From NCBI GenBank assembly GCA_964275745.1, contig CAXYCT010000017.1:34171-98170 (forward strand): a DNA stretch of 64,000 nt. The letters run 5' to 3'. Positions 20,731 through 30,421 of the stretch are shown piece by piece. The translations under genes were made by a program, and so were the position numbers. This DNA is from an uncultured Woeseiaceae bacterium. GTDB taxonomy: Bacteria; Pseudomonadota; Gammaproteobacteria; Steroidobacterales; Woeseiaceae. The notes below the pieces were generated by a model. It did no database searches. It had not been told where the DNA came from and saw nothing but the letters and a program-made list of their open reading frames with translations. How positions within the stretch are numbered: position 1 is the stretch's first letter; every line of letters begins with the position of its first letter.

Positions 20731-21146
20731 AAAATATGAGAATTAATTTTTCTTGGCAAAATAAAGCTTTTTTTATTTCTTTATTATTGATAGCGCTGGA
20801 GGTTTTTGCGCATCATGGTTGGTCTTATTATCAAGATGAAATTTCTATGGATTTGACTGTTTTAGAGCTGCGTCTAAGAAATCCACATGATCGTATAATA
20901 GCAATTGATAAGAATGATCAAAAATGGAATTTATTATTAGCGCCTCCAGCAAGAAATCGACGATTTGGTTTTGATGGAAGCATTATAGAAGTTACTGATG
21001 AAATCGTTATTTTAGGGCAAAAACACATCAATAAAAATGAATTAAAAATTCACTGTATCTATAAAAATAATAATCTAATTTATACCTATCGTTATCCCAA
21101 TGGTCAGACCAGTCATGATTTTATGCGTCTTAAGGGTAATTGTTAG
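20727..21146 (+). CDS. Small secreted protein with a His-His mature N-terminus (paralogue of 19178..19585)
   Basis: Signal peptide ...ALEVFA followed by HHGWSYY, then an RNPH motif. It has an ATGA start/stop overlap with the preceding gene. Confidence 0.55.
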   Translation: MKNMRINFSWQNKAFFISLLLIALEVFAHHGWSYYQDEISMDLTVLELRLRNPHDRIIAIDKNDQKWNLLLAPPARNRRFGFDGSIIEVTDEIVILGQKHINKNELKIHCIYKNNNLIYTYRYPNGQTSHDFMRLKGNC

Positions 21147-21255
21147 AATTAAAAAATGTTATTTAATCGAATATGAAAATATATTTTTTGATTCAACAAA
21201 GATATGTGTATCATTATCAAATAAGAAAGTACCTCATTTTTCCAAGGAGATTCTA

Positions 21256-22413
21256 ATGCGATTCAGAAGCAAGCAAATTCATGCAGGGGTTACACCTGAT
21301 CCAACTACTGGAGCAATCTTGACACCTATATATCAATCCACAACTTTTGTTCAGGAGTCGGTTGATAGTTACTTAGCAAAAGGTTATTCGTATTCCCGTT
21401 CAGGTAACCCAACAGTAAGAGCATTAGAGAAAAAATTAGCTGAATTAGAGGGTGGCTATGATGCCACTTGTTATGGAACAGGCATGTCTGCAGTAAACTG
21501 CACAATGTTGGCGTTTTTAAGCGCCGGGGATCATGCGATTATATCTGATGTAGCTTACGGCGGAACCTATAGGCTGTGTACAAAAGTGTTGAATCGATTT
21601 GGCATAGAATTTACTTTTGCGGATACCTCTAATCCAGAGGATGTTAAGTCGCATGTTAAAGAAAATACTAAGCTTTTTTTAACAGAAACACCCGCCAATC
21701 CAACAATGAAGCTTTCTGATATCGCTGCTATTTCAGAAATAGCTAGATCTGTTAATGCGGTTCATGTGGTTGACAATACCCTAATTACTCCTTGCTATCA
21801 GCGTGCAATTGAACTTGGTGCTGATTTATCATTACATAGCACGACTAAATATTTTGATGGTCATAATGCAACTGTAGGTGGTGCTGTGATCGCTAGGACA
21901 AAAGAATTAGACGCTAAAATTCGCTTCATACAAAATAGCACAGGATCTATTATGTCACCTATGGTTGCTTGGCTGACTCTTCAGGGATGCAAAACATTGT
22001 CAGTCAGAATGGAGGCTCAATCAGCCAATGCTCTTGCCATAGCAAGATTTTTAGAGAATCACCCTAAGGTTAAGCAAGTGGCTTATCCTGGTTTAGAGTC
22101 TTTTTCTCAGCACGAACTGGCAAAAAGTCAGGCGTCTGGTTTTGGAGCAATGTTATGGTTTGAGGTTGAGGGTGGCCTCAAAGCTGGTAAGCAATTAATG
22201 GATTCAGTGGAATTATGGACTTTAGCTGAAAATTTGGGATCGGTTGAATCATTAATCACGCATCCTGTAACAATGACTCATGCTGATGTTGATGAAGCTG
22301 AAAGAAAAAGGGTCGGCATTATTGATGGCTTGGTCAGGTTATCAGTCGGTCTTGAAGATGGCGAAGATCTAATAGAAGCTCTTGGTAATGCATTGGATAA
22401 TGTTGGAGTATAA
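21256..22413 (+). CDS. PLP-dependent transsulfuration enzyme (cystathionine gamma-synthase/beta- or gamma-lyase family)
   Basis: IHAG...TPIYQSTTF, SRSGNPT and the PLP-Lys context HSTTKYFDGHN. The start was chosen at ATG 21256 behind an AAGGAG RBS; the ORF-track extension from 21100 overlaps the previous gene. Confidence 0.85.
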   Translation: MRFRSKQIHAGVTPDPTTGAILTPIYQSTTFVQESVDSYLAKGYSYSRSGNPTVRALEKKLAELEGGYDATCYGTGMSAVNCTMLAFLSAGDHAIISDVAYGGTYRLCTKVLNRFGIEFTFADTSNPEDVKSHVKENTKLFLTETPANPTMKLSDIAAISEIARSVNAVHVVDNTLITPCYQRAIELGADLSLHSTTKYFDGHNATVGGAVIARTKELDAKIRFIQNSTGSIMSPMVAWLTLQGCKTLSVRMEAQSANALAIARFLENHPKVKQVAYPGLESFSQHELAKSQASGFGAMLWFEVEGGLKAGKQLMDSVELWTLAENLGSVESLITHPVTMTHADVDEAERKRVGIIDGLVRLSVGLEDGEDLIEALGNALDNVGV

Positions 22414-22436
22414 AGATAGTGATTAATTTATTGCTA

Positions 22437-23469
22437 TTAAGCTCCCCTAGAGAATCCATGACAGAGGTAAAGTGACACTGTCAAAAGTATCATTGCTGTA
22501 GCTTGGTGTGCTGCAGCCAGTGCAGTTGGTACCAATAATAATAGTGTAGAGATACCCAATACAAATTGTAATACAGTCGTGTGCATTAACGCGTTCACGG
22601 CTTTTTTTAATCTTATGGGAAGTTCTAATTTTCTAGCTTTGAACCAATATAAAGTAATTGAGATGAATGTAACAAGAGTAAGTATTCGGTGACTCAGTTG
22701 AACTGTGACAATATTCTCAAAAAAATTTATCCAAGTTGGTTTTAACGCAAATATAGTTGGTGGTAACCAGTAATCTCCCATCATTGGGTATGTGTTGTAA
22801 ATTTTACCTGCTTTTAAACCTGCTACAAAGCCTCCAGAAACAATGGTAATTATTATCAAAACAGTCAATGCAATCGTCTTAGTTGACCAATTATTTGGTG
22901 TATTTTTTACTGGATAAATAAGAGTTAGTGCAACCCAGAACATAAAACTATAGATTAAAAAAGCCGAAGATAGATGTGCTGTTAATCTATATTGACTTAC
23001 TGCGGGATTGTCTACTAGACCACTTTTGACCATATACCAACCTAGAACACCCTGCATGCCTCCCAAAATGAGCATTAATAAATATTTTGGGAATTCATTT
23101 TTTTTGATGTAACCTTTGGCAAAAAAAATAAACGAAAGGAAAAAAGAAGACCATACCGATTAATCGTCCAAGTAATCTATGTAAATATTCCAACCAGAAG
23201 ATTTGCTTAAAACTATTTACATCCATTGTGAAATTTTTAACAAGAAATTCTGGAGATTGCTGATACATACCAAAAGTTATTTGCCAATCCTCAGCAGTTA
23301 TTGGTGGAATAATACCCAGAATAGGTCGCCAATCGACCATTGATAATCCTGAGCCAGTAAGACGGGTGACACCACCCAAAATGACCATAAAGAAAACCAT
23401 GGCACAGCAGATAAAAAGCCATTTTGCTACTATTAAATTTTCATTTGAGATTTTATTCTCGATAAGCAT
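22437..23469 (-). pseudogene. ctaA: Heme A synthase (COX15/CtaA) interrupted by a 1-nt frameshift
   Basis: The N-terminal ORF (23095..23469: GGVTRLTGSGLSMVDWRPI...FWLEYLHRLLGR) and C-terminal ORF (22437..23075: LGGMQGVLGWYMVKSGL...) together make one 336-aa COX15. Removing one base from the A8 run at 23121-23128 joins them as ...FVYFFAKGYIKKNEFPKYLLMLILGG... Confidence 0.8.
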
Positions 23470-23609
23470 TAAGAATTACCATTTTTTGTGTTTAAACTAA
23501 TTTCTAACTCAGTTCTTGCTGGAGTTAATTTAACATTTATCAACTCTATTTGCCTCGTTTAGGTTCTAAATTAGTTGGTTGTTACACTCATTTACAAGTC
23601 TTGTTGATA

Positions 23610-24077
23610 TCAACTTAGCATTAAATTTTTCAGCGGTAATGATGTAGTATATTTAATTGTCTCCATGCTGAAGCTTGAGCTAACATCATAAAGATCGACT
23701 TTAGAAATCATTTCTTTGTACATTTGGTCGTAACTATCCATATCTGGAACTACTGCTCTAATTAGATAATCAGTATCTCCACTTAAACGATGCACTTCCA
23801 TTATATTTGGATTGACTGAAACCATTTTATGAAATTCTTCGAACCATTTAGCCGTATGTTTGTGAGTTCTAATTGAAGAGTATACCGTTAAATCTAGACC
23901 AATTTTTTTTGGATTCAGAAGTGTTACTTTAGAGCTTATTATTGAATCTTCCTCAAGTGCTTGAATTCTTCTCCAGCAGGATGAGGTGGATAAATTTATT
24001 TGCTTTGCAAGTTCGCTTACTGATAAAGATGAGTCCCTTTGTAGTGCTTCAAGTATTAGTATGTCTTTTTTGTCCAT
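23610..24077 (-). CDS. Lrp/AsnC-family transcriptional regulator
   Basis: 155 aa, with the HTH LSVSELAKQINLSTSSCWRRIQALEE and a C-terminal RAM/AsnC-type domain. It lies divergent from the CDO-like gene. Confidence 0.85.
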   Translation of the reverse strand: MDKKDILILEALQRDSSLSVSELAKQINLSTSSCWRRIQALEEDSIISSKVTLLNPKKIGLDLTVYSSIRTHKHTAKWFEEFHKMVSVNPNIMEVHRLSGDTDYLIRAVVPDMDSYDQMYKEMISKVDLYDVSSSFSMETIKYTTSLPLKNLMLS

Positions 24078-24248
24078 TTTAATCCTTTATTTTAATATTT
24101 GAAAAAATATTTTATATTTATGTATTTAATTGAAAATTATTACTAATTATCTATGTTTTTTTAGTAAAAAAGAAACAATTTTTCAGATAAAATCATATAT
24201 AGTCTTAGTAAGAACAAAATACTATAAACCCTTTACTTTGGAAGAATA

Positions 24249-24829
24249 ATGAATCAAATCGATACTATTGATGCTAAACAACAAATGATCGCTCAAATGG
24301 ATGAAGCGGTTTCAAAAGGCAATTCAGATACAGATATATGTGCCAATGTTATGGCTGTTCTAGAAGAATTTGTGAGACCTGATGTTATTTTGCTCGATCC
24401 ATTATTTCTTGAGCCTAAACCTGAAAGTTATGCAAGAAGGCTCTTTCCATCGAGATCCCGCTGGTAGTTACTCGATTGCAATAATGGTTTGGGGTCAAGG
24501 GCAGGGTACACCGATGCATGATCATGCCGGATTATGGTGTGTCGAGTGTGTGTATAGTGGCAAAAATTAAAGTAGATTCTTATTCAATGCACGGATTGCC
24601 TGAAGATGATGTAGTCAACTTTAAAAAAATGACTTCAGTTGATGCAGGATGTGGAAATGCTGGGAGCCTTATTCCACCATTTGATTATCATACTATTGAA
24701 AATGCTCAGCCCACACCCTCGGTGACAATGCATGTTTATGGAGGTGATATGAACTGGTGTAATATTTATCAACAGAATGACGCAGGCAGATATGCTAAAG
24801 ACAGAAGAGAACTTAGCTTTAGTCAATAG
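24249..24829 (+). pseudogene. Cysteine dioxygenase type I-like cupin, broken by two 1-nt frameshifts
   Basis: Three overlapping ORFs in frames 0/1/2 read through as ...ESYARRLF|HRDPAGSYSIAIMVWGQGQGTPMHDHAGLWCVECVYSGK|IKVDSY...DYHTIENAQPTPSVTMHVYGG. The shifts are at CC 24447-24448 and the A5 run at 24562-24566. Confidence 0.7.
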
Positions 24830-24831
24830 AT

Positions 24832-25501
24832 TTATTTTATGGAGTTAATCATTATTTTTTTAATTTTAAATGTATCCATATAAATCAATCTATCAGATAG
24901 AAAACAAGCTTCCTCCTCATCGTGTGATACGATCAATACAGTTACACCTTTTTCTTTAAAAATCTTTTTTGTCTCGTGATGAAGTTGACTTTTTAAATTT
25001 TGATCTAGAGCGCTAAAAGGCTCGTCCAATAATAGAATGTCTGGACATGGCGCCATGGCCCTTGCAAGAGCGACGCGCTGTTGCTCCCCACCTGAAATTT
25101 CATGTGGAAATTTGTATGCTAATTTATCTACCTCAAATAATCCGAGATAGTTTTTTTGCCACAGTATATTTATTTTTATCTTTTTGAATACCAAAAGATA
25201 CATTATCAAGAACATTAAGATGAGGAAACAATGCTTTATCTTGAACTACTAATCCAATGCATCTTTTTTCTGGCGGCAATATGAAATTCTCATTTGCAAC
25301 AATTTTTCCATTTATCTTGATGGACCCAGATAATTGATCTTCAAGTCCAGCAATAATTCTAAGTAGGGTAGTTTTACCACAACCTGATGGACCTAAAATT
25401 GAAACAATTTCACCACTATTAATAGATAAATTAATATCAATTAAAACATGATCATTTCTCTCATAAGCATAGTATAGGTTTGTAATTTTTAGAGCTGTCA
25501 T
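24832..25501 (-). pseudogene. ABC transporter ATP-binding protein (FbpC-like), broken by a 1-nt frameshift
   Basis: The N-terminal ORF carries Walker A (GPSGCGKTT). The C-terminal ORF carries the signature ISGGEQQRVALARA and Walker B ILLLDEPFSALD. The frames join if one base is removed from the T7 run at 25151-25157 (...KYTVAKKNYLGLFEVDKL...). Confidence 0.8.
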
Positions 25502-25505
25502 ATTG

Positions 25506-27125
25506 CTACTTATCCATTGATCTTGAAGAGCTTATCATTTTAGTGAGTAAAATTATTGGTATTAGACCTACTATCATTATAGCAATCGCTGGAGCAGCTG
25601 CTTGGAACATTCTCTCTTCAGCTGCATAGACGTATGTTGAAACAGCCAAAGTATCAAAATTGAATGGCCTTAAAATTAATGTCGCTGGTAATTCTTTAAC
25701 AACCTCTGATATCACCAGTAATATACTGGTAAGGAAGCTAGTTTTTAGCAATGGAAAATGAACTCTGGAGAGTAAGTTCCAGCCACTCGAATTCAAAGTT
25801 CTAGCTGAATCGTCTAATTGAGAGCTAATCCTATGAAAGCCTGACTCAAAGGTTGAATTAGCTAATGCATATGATTTTATGACATAGGCAAATATCAAAC
25901 CTATTAAACTACCCGTTAAGATAATATCTGTGTTCATGAATATACTGTTATCAACTAACGCGAATAATTGAACAATGCCAACAGCTAAGATTAGCCCAGG
26001 AACAGCATAACCTAGAGACAAAAATGAGCTTAAAAAATTAGAAAATCTATTCTTATTAAAGCGAATAGAAAAGTTAACAATTAAGGCTATTGAGGCACAT
26101 AATATTCCAGCTGTAATAGCTAATAAGATTGAATTTATAGAGGCTTGTATAAATTTTTCATCAAAAAATGCTAAGTTATAACTAACAGCCCATATCGTAA
26201 GTTCTGTAACCGGAAGGACAAAACCTATTAATATAGGTATGAAGCAAATAGAGAATCCAAGAACAGCTTTAATTTTTGTCAGTTTTATTTTTTTTGCAGG
26301 TTTAAAGGTAGAGGCCCCAGAAGTGTAAAGTTCTTTTTTCCTTGATATTTTTTCTAACCAGACAAATGTTGCAACAAAAACTAATAACATTGATGCCAGC
26401 TGCATCGCGGTGGTTAAATCGTACATACCATGCCAAGTTCGAAATACTCCAGTTGTAAATGTCTGAATAGCAAAATGATCAACTGCACCAAAATCAGATA
26501 TTGTTTCCATTATCACCAGCATTAAACCTCCAATAACAGCTGGTCTAATGATTGGTAGTGAAAGTTTATAAAATATTTCAAATTGATTTAAACCCAGCAT
26601 TCTCCCTGCTTCGAGCATGGATCTGGATTGATTCAAAAAGGCTGCTCTAGAAACAAGATAAATATAAGGGTAAAGAGTGAATGAAAAAACAATAATAGCG
26701 CCATAAATATTTCTAATATTTGGAAATAATATAAAACTCTGGTCTAGTGAAAATATTTCTCGAATAAAGTTATTTGCTGTGCCATAGGAATCAAAGAAAC
26801 CTGTAAATGTATAGGCAAGGATATATGGTGGGGTAGCTAATGGGAGTATGAGAGCCCATTCTAAAAATTTTTTACCAAAGAAATCATAGTTTGTGACTAT
26901 CCAGGCAGAAGTAGTTCCAATGAGAAGTGAGATAAAAGAGACACCAATTACTAAATAGAAGGTGTTACCGATGTAATCAATCAATACATAGTTGTAAAGA
27001 TGAGTCCAATTTTCGGAATAGCCACCAAAAAGACTAAATAGCACTATAAGAATAGGCAGCAGAAAAAGAAATAGTATTAAAAAGGGCGATACTGCCCAAA
27101 AGGATGGAATCGAAGGTTTAAACAA
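25506..27125 (-). CDS. Fe(3+) ABC transporter permease (duplicated TMD, FbpB/HitB-like)
   Basis: 539 aa and polytopic, with two internal permease repeats typical of iron(III)-type importers. It is in an operon with the SBP and ATPase. Confidence 0.75.
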   Translation of the reverse strand: MFKPSIPSFWAVSPFLILFLFLLPILIVLFSLFGGYSENWTHLYNYVLIDYIGNTFYLVIGVSFISLLIGTTSAWIVTNYDFFGKKFLEWALILPLATPPYILAYTFTGFFDSYGTANNFIREIFSLDQSFILFPNIRNIYGAIIVFSFTLYPYIYLVSRAAFLNQSRSMLEAGRMLGLNQFEIFYKLSLPIIRPAVIGGLMLVIMETISDFGAVDHFAIQTFTTGVFRTWHGMYDLTTAMQLASMLLVFVATFVWLEKISRKKELYTSGASTFKPAKKIKLTKIKAVLGFSICFIPILIGFVLPVTELTIWAVSYNLAFFDEKFIQASINSILLAITAGILCASIALIVNFSIRFNKNRFSNFLSSFLSLGYAVPGLILAVGIVQLFALVDNSIFMNTDIILTGSLIGLIFAYVIKSYALANSTFESGFHRISSQLDDSARTLNSSGWNLLSRVHFPLLKTSFLTSILLVISEVVKELPATLILRPFNFDTLAVSTYVYAAEERMFQAAAPAIAIMIVGLIPIILLTKMISSSRSMDK

Positions 27126-27185
27126 TCTATTAACTCTCTAGGATAAAGGCCAACTATATCAAAAAAACGAGATAATAGATTTTAT

Positions 27186-28217
27186 CTATTTCCAACCCGC
27201 TCTATCCATAAGCCTAATGGCATCAGGATTATATTTTCCGTAATCAGCTACAGATGTTCTATCCTCTTTAAATCCAGTACCAAAGTTAGCAATAGAAGGG
27301 TGAGGATTAATGCCATTCAAAACTGGATATTCAAATGAAATATTTACCATATATTCCTGAACTTCTTTAGACAGAAGAAACTCTAGAAACTTTGTAGCAT
27401 TCTCACTGTTAGGAGAATTTTTTAATATACCAGCACCACTTATATTTATATGAGCACCACGATTTCCTTGATTTGGGAAATGTATTTTAACTTTTTTAGC
27501 TGCTTGCAACTGGTCATCACCAGATCTACCGGAAAGCATGATTCCAATATAGTAACTATTGGCAATGGCGATATCTGCTTCACCATTTGCAACTGCAACA
27601 ATCTGAGCTCTATCACTTCCTTGTGGGTTTCTTGCAAAATTCTTCACGAAGTCTTTAGCCCATCTTTCGGTTACCTCGATACCATGATTGGAAATTAATG
27701 AAGCAACTAGAGATTGGTTATACATATTGCTAGAGCTTCTAATCGCAATTCTTTCTTTCCATTCTGGGTTTGCTAGATCTTCATATGAGAGATTATTAAT
27801 TTCATTTTCAGATACTTTAGTTGGGTTGTAGTAAATTACTCTAGCTCTTTTTGCTATCGCGACCCACTCATCATTGGGTCCTCTCAGATTTTCAGGAACA
27901 ACAGATTTTATACTTTCAGAATTAATTGATTTGAAATAACCTTCTTTTTGGACCTTCCAGAGATTGCCCGCATCAACAGTAAAGTAGATATCTGCTGGAG
28001 AATTTTGGCCTTCTACTCTCAATCTTTCAATTAAGGCACTGCCATTTCCAGATATAATATTAACCTCAATACCAGTTTCTTTGGTGAACTCTGAATATAA
28101 GGCATCGTCAGAATCATAATGCCTGGATGTGTATACATTGACCTCATCAGCGAATGTATTACTAAATGAGAAAATGACGATATAGAGAGTAGTTATTAGT
28201 TTTTGGATTTTGTTCAT
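27186..28217 (-). CDS. Fe(3+) ABC transporter substrate-binding protein (FbpA/IdiA/FutA-like)
   Basis: A signal peptide, then VNVYTSRHYDSDDALYSEFTKETGIEVNIISG...NSPADIYFTVDAGNLW, the characteristic ferric-binding-protein pattern. Confidence 0.8.
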   Translation of the reverse strand: MNKIQKLITTLYIVIFSFSNTFADEVNVYTSRHYDSDDALYSEFTKETGIEVNIISGNGSALIERLRVEGQNSPADIYFTVDAGNLWKVQKEGYFKSINSESIKSVVPENLRGPNDEWVAIAKRARVIYYNPTKVSENEINNLSYEDLANPEWKERIAIRSSSNMYNQSLVASLISNHGIEVTERWAKDFVKNFARNPQGSDRAQIVAVANGEADIAIANSYYIGIMLSGRSGDDQLQAAKKVKIHFPNQGNRGAHINISGAGILKNSPNSENATKFLEFLLSKEVQEYMVNISFEYPVLNGINPHPSIANFGTGFKEDRTSVADYGKYNPDAIRLMDRAGWK

Positions 28218-28269
28218 AATTTGCTCTTAATCATAGGTTCAAAATTTATTTTGTTTTATTCTACCTAAA

Positions 28270-28284
28270 TGAGAATTATTCTCA
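28270..28284. promoter_or_regulatory. Fur box upstream of the Fe3+ ABC operon
   Basis: Perfect 7-1-7 palindrome TGAGAAT-T-ATTCTCA, against the Fur consensus core TGATAAT-N-ATTATCA. It lies 53-67 nt upstream of the fbpA-like start codon. Confidence 0.65.
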
Positions 28285-28488
28285 ATAATAATAAGTAATA
28301 CTAATGAAATGTTTAATTCCATAAGATTTGCTTGTTATGAAAAAATTTCTTTTCCATATATAAGGAAGCGTTGCTAGAATAGACGCCTAAAAGAATGAGA
28401 TTCTGCCCTTCAAATGCCTTCTTAAATGAGATGGTAAACTGATCCATTTATCTATTGATGCTCAATAATATCATTTAGGAGATTTTAA

Positions 28489-29610
28489 TTGTATTTCAAA
28501 AATATATTTAAAAACGTTGGCTGGTTATTTGGTTTATTACTGGCTTTTAGTGTGTCAATTATTGCCAGTTATGCTGCAGAATGGATTGGGGAGGATGTTT
28601 TAGGTTTCAATCGTTCGCCAATTAGCGACATCATGATGGCAATTATAATTGGTATGATTATTGCTAATACAATCCCCCTAAAGACGACAATACAAAGTGG
28701 CTTAAAATTTTGTGCTAGCACAATACTTCGCATTGGAATAATGTTTTTAGGCATTCGCTTAAGTCTATTTGGTGCGGGAAAGTTTACTCTGGTAGCGCTT
28801 CCATTTGTCATAATCGCAATTATCATCGGCCTAATTACGGTGAGAATGTTAGGTCGCTCGATGAAATTATCACCACAACTAACTGGACTAATCGCTGTTG
28901 GAACCAGTATTTGTGGCGCTACAGCAATCGTAGCAACGGCACCTTTAATCAAGGCTAAGGAAGCTGAAGTTAGTTATGCAATTGCTTGCATAACAATATT
29001 TGGACTAGCTGCTATGTTTTCTTATCCATTTCTGGCTCATTTTTTATTCGCAGATCAACCAGTAATGGCTGGATTATTTCTTGGTACATCTATACATGAG
29101 ACTGCCCAAGTTGCTGGTGCTGGATTAATGTATCAATCGCAATATGATGCTCCTATGGCTTTAGACATCGCGACAGTGACCAAATTAGTGAGAAATCTAT
29201 GCATGATTGCAGTCATTCCTCTAGTCGGTATTCTATATGGACAGCAAGATCAAGTAATGCAATCAAAGGGTAAATGGTCATGGCTTGGAATGATTCCATG
29301 GTTTATTTTTGGTTTTGCCTTTATGTCTGCCATCCGAACAATAGGTGATTTAAGTGAAACTCCTTTTGGGTTGATTAATATAGCCCAATGGAATGAATTA
29401 GTAGGCTTGATTAAATCATTAGCTGAAAAATTACTATTAATTGCAATGTCTGCTGTTGGTTTAACTTCTCTCTTTCGGGGTATGAAGGATATTGGCATTC
29501 GACCTTTTATGCTTGGATTATTTGCAGCCATGTTGATTGGTTTAGTGAGTCTTGGAAGTATTTACTTTTTCGCAGAATTTCTGCTTGAGCTATTTGGTAT
29601 CGACTCATAG
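28489..29610 (+). CDS. YeiH/UPF0324-family membrane protein (putative sulfate exporter family)
   Basis: 373 aa and polytopic. The TTG start at 28489 lies 6 nt after an AGGAGA RBS. The motif pattern (...GTSICGATAIVA...GTSIHETAQV...) is typical of UPF0324. Confidence 0.65.
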   Translation: MYFKNIFKNVGWLFGLLLAFSVSIIASYAAEWIGEDVLGFNRSPISDIMMAIIIGMIIANTIPLKTTIQSGLKFCASTILRIGIMFLGIRLSLFGAGKFTLVALPFVIIAIIIGLITVRMLGRSMKLSPQLTGLIAVGTSICGATAIVATAPLIKAKEAEVSYAIACITIFGLAAMFSYPFLAHFLFADQPVMAGLFLGTSIHETAQVAGAGLMYQSQYDAPMALDIATVTKLVRNLCMIAVIPLVGILYGQQDQVMQSKGKWSWLGMIPWFIFGFAFMSAIRTIGDLSETPFGLINIAQWNELVGLIKSLAEKLLLIAMSAVGLTSLFRGMKDIGIRPFMLGLFAAMLIGLVSLGSIYFFAEFLLELFGIDS

Positions 29611-29931
29611 TAATTTTTTTCTACTACCAGTGAGTGATTATTTCTAAATTCACGTAATGAAAGAATGCGGATTATTATGTCTCTTTTAACTAAATTAGCC
29701 ATAAAAAAAGTTCTGACAAAGATATGATTACTTGTAAATTAAATTAAGCAACCTATTGAAAGTAATAAATTTATTCATATACTTTTTTATTTAATTATTG
29801 ATAAATCACAAAACTTTGACTCGTTAATATCTAGTTCATGGGCTAGTATTTAGCCGTTATTTGAGTTTATAACAGTAAGATATCATGATCGATAGTTGAT
29901 CTTTTTTTTATAGAAGTAATTGAGGTAAAGT

Positions 29932-30144
29932 ATGTCAGGCGAAAAAGTTACAGGAACCGTAAAGTGGTTCAATGATGATAAGGGTTTTGGTTTTGTTGAG
30001 CGAGAAGGTGGTCCGGACGTATTTGTTCACCACAGCTGCATTCAAATGGAAGGATTTAAAACGTTAAAAGAAGGTCAAACAGTAACCATGGAAGTTAGCC
30101 AAGGTGAAAAAGGTCCTCAAGCAGACTCTGTAGTAGCAGGCTAG
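29932..30144 (+). CDS. cspA: Cold-shock protein (CspA family)
   Basis: [15 protein letters not shown] (RNP1) and DVFVHHS (RNP2). It is 70 aa with a long AT-rich 5' leader. Confidence 0.95.
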   Translation: MSGEKVTGTVKWFNDDKGFGFVEREGGPDVFVHHSCIQMEGFKTLKEGQTVTMEVSQGEKGPQADSVVAG

Positions 30145-30170
30145 AGTCACGTTCATAAAATATTGATTAT

Positions 30171-30220
30171 CATCCTGGGGTTAATTCTTAATTCCAGGAT
30201 GTATCAATTTTCGTTTTTTT
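30171..30220 (+). terminator. Putative rho-independent terminator after cspA
   Basis: Hairpin CATCCTGG (30171-30178) / CCAGGATG (30194-30201), followed by a T-rich tract ...TTTTCGTTTTTTT. Confidence 0.5.
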
Positions 30221-30421
30221 ATTGTAATTGCCATCATTGTGCTGATAGTTATTTAATCAATAATAAATCTTAGATGGTGTTTATCTAAAATATTGTTGTG
30301 GATTAATTTTTAAAATCAACATTCTTTAAACTCTTTTTAAAGTTTTCCCGTCAAATAAAATTTTGTGATTATCCATTAATAATGACTTAATATTAAAATA
30401 GATTTTACGGAGGAATTAGTC

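Noticed and set aside
21100-21255. The N-terminal extension of the transsulfuration ORF (ORF-track start at 21100).
   Set aside because: The extension overlaps the preceding gene and is non-homologous low-complexity sequence. ATG 21256 has an AAGGAG RBS and begins the conserved MRFRSKQIHAG N-terminus.
24382-24570. The 62-aa ORF as an independent small gene.
   Set aside because: Its translation (HRDPAGSYSIAIMVWGQGQGTPMHDHAG...) is the middle of a cupin cysteine-dioxygenase-like protein. The N- and C-terminal parts lie in the two other frames.
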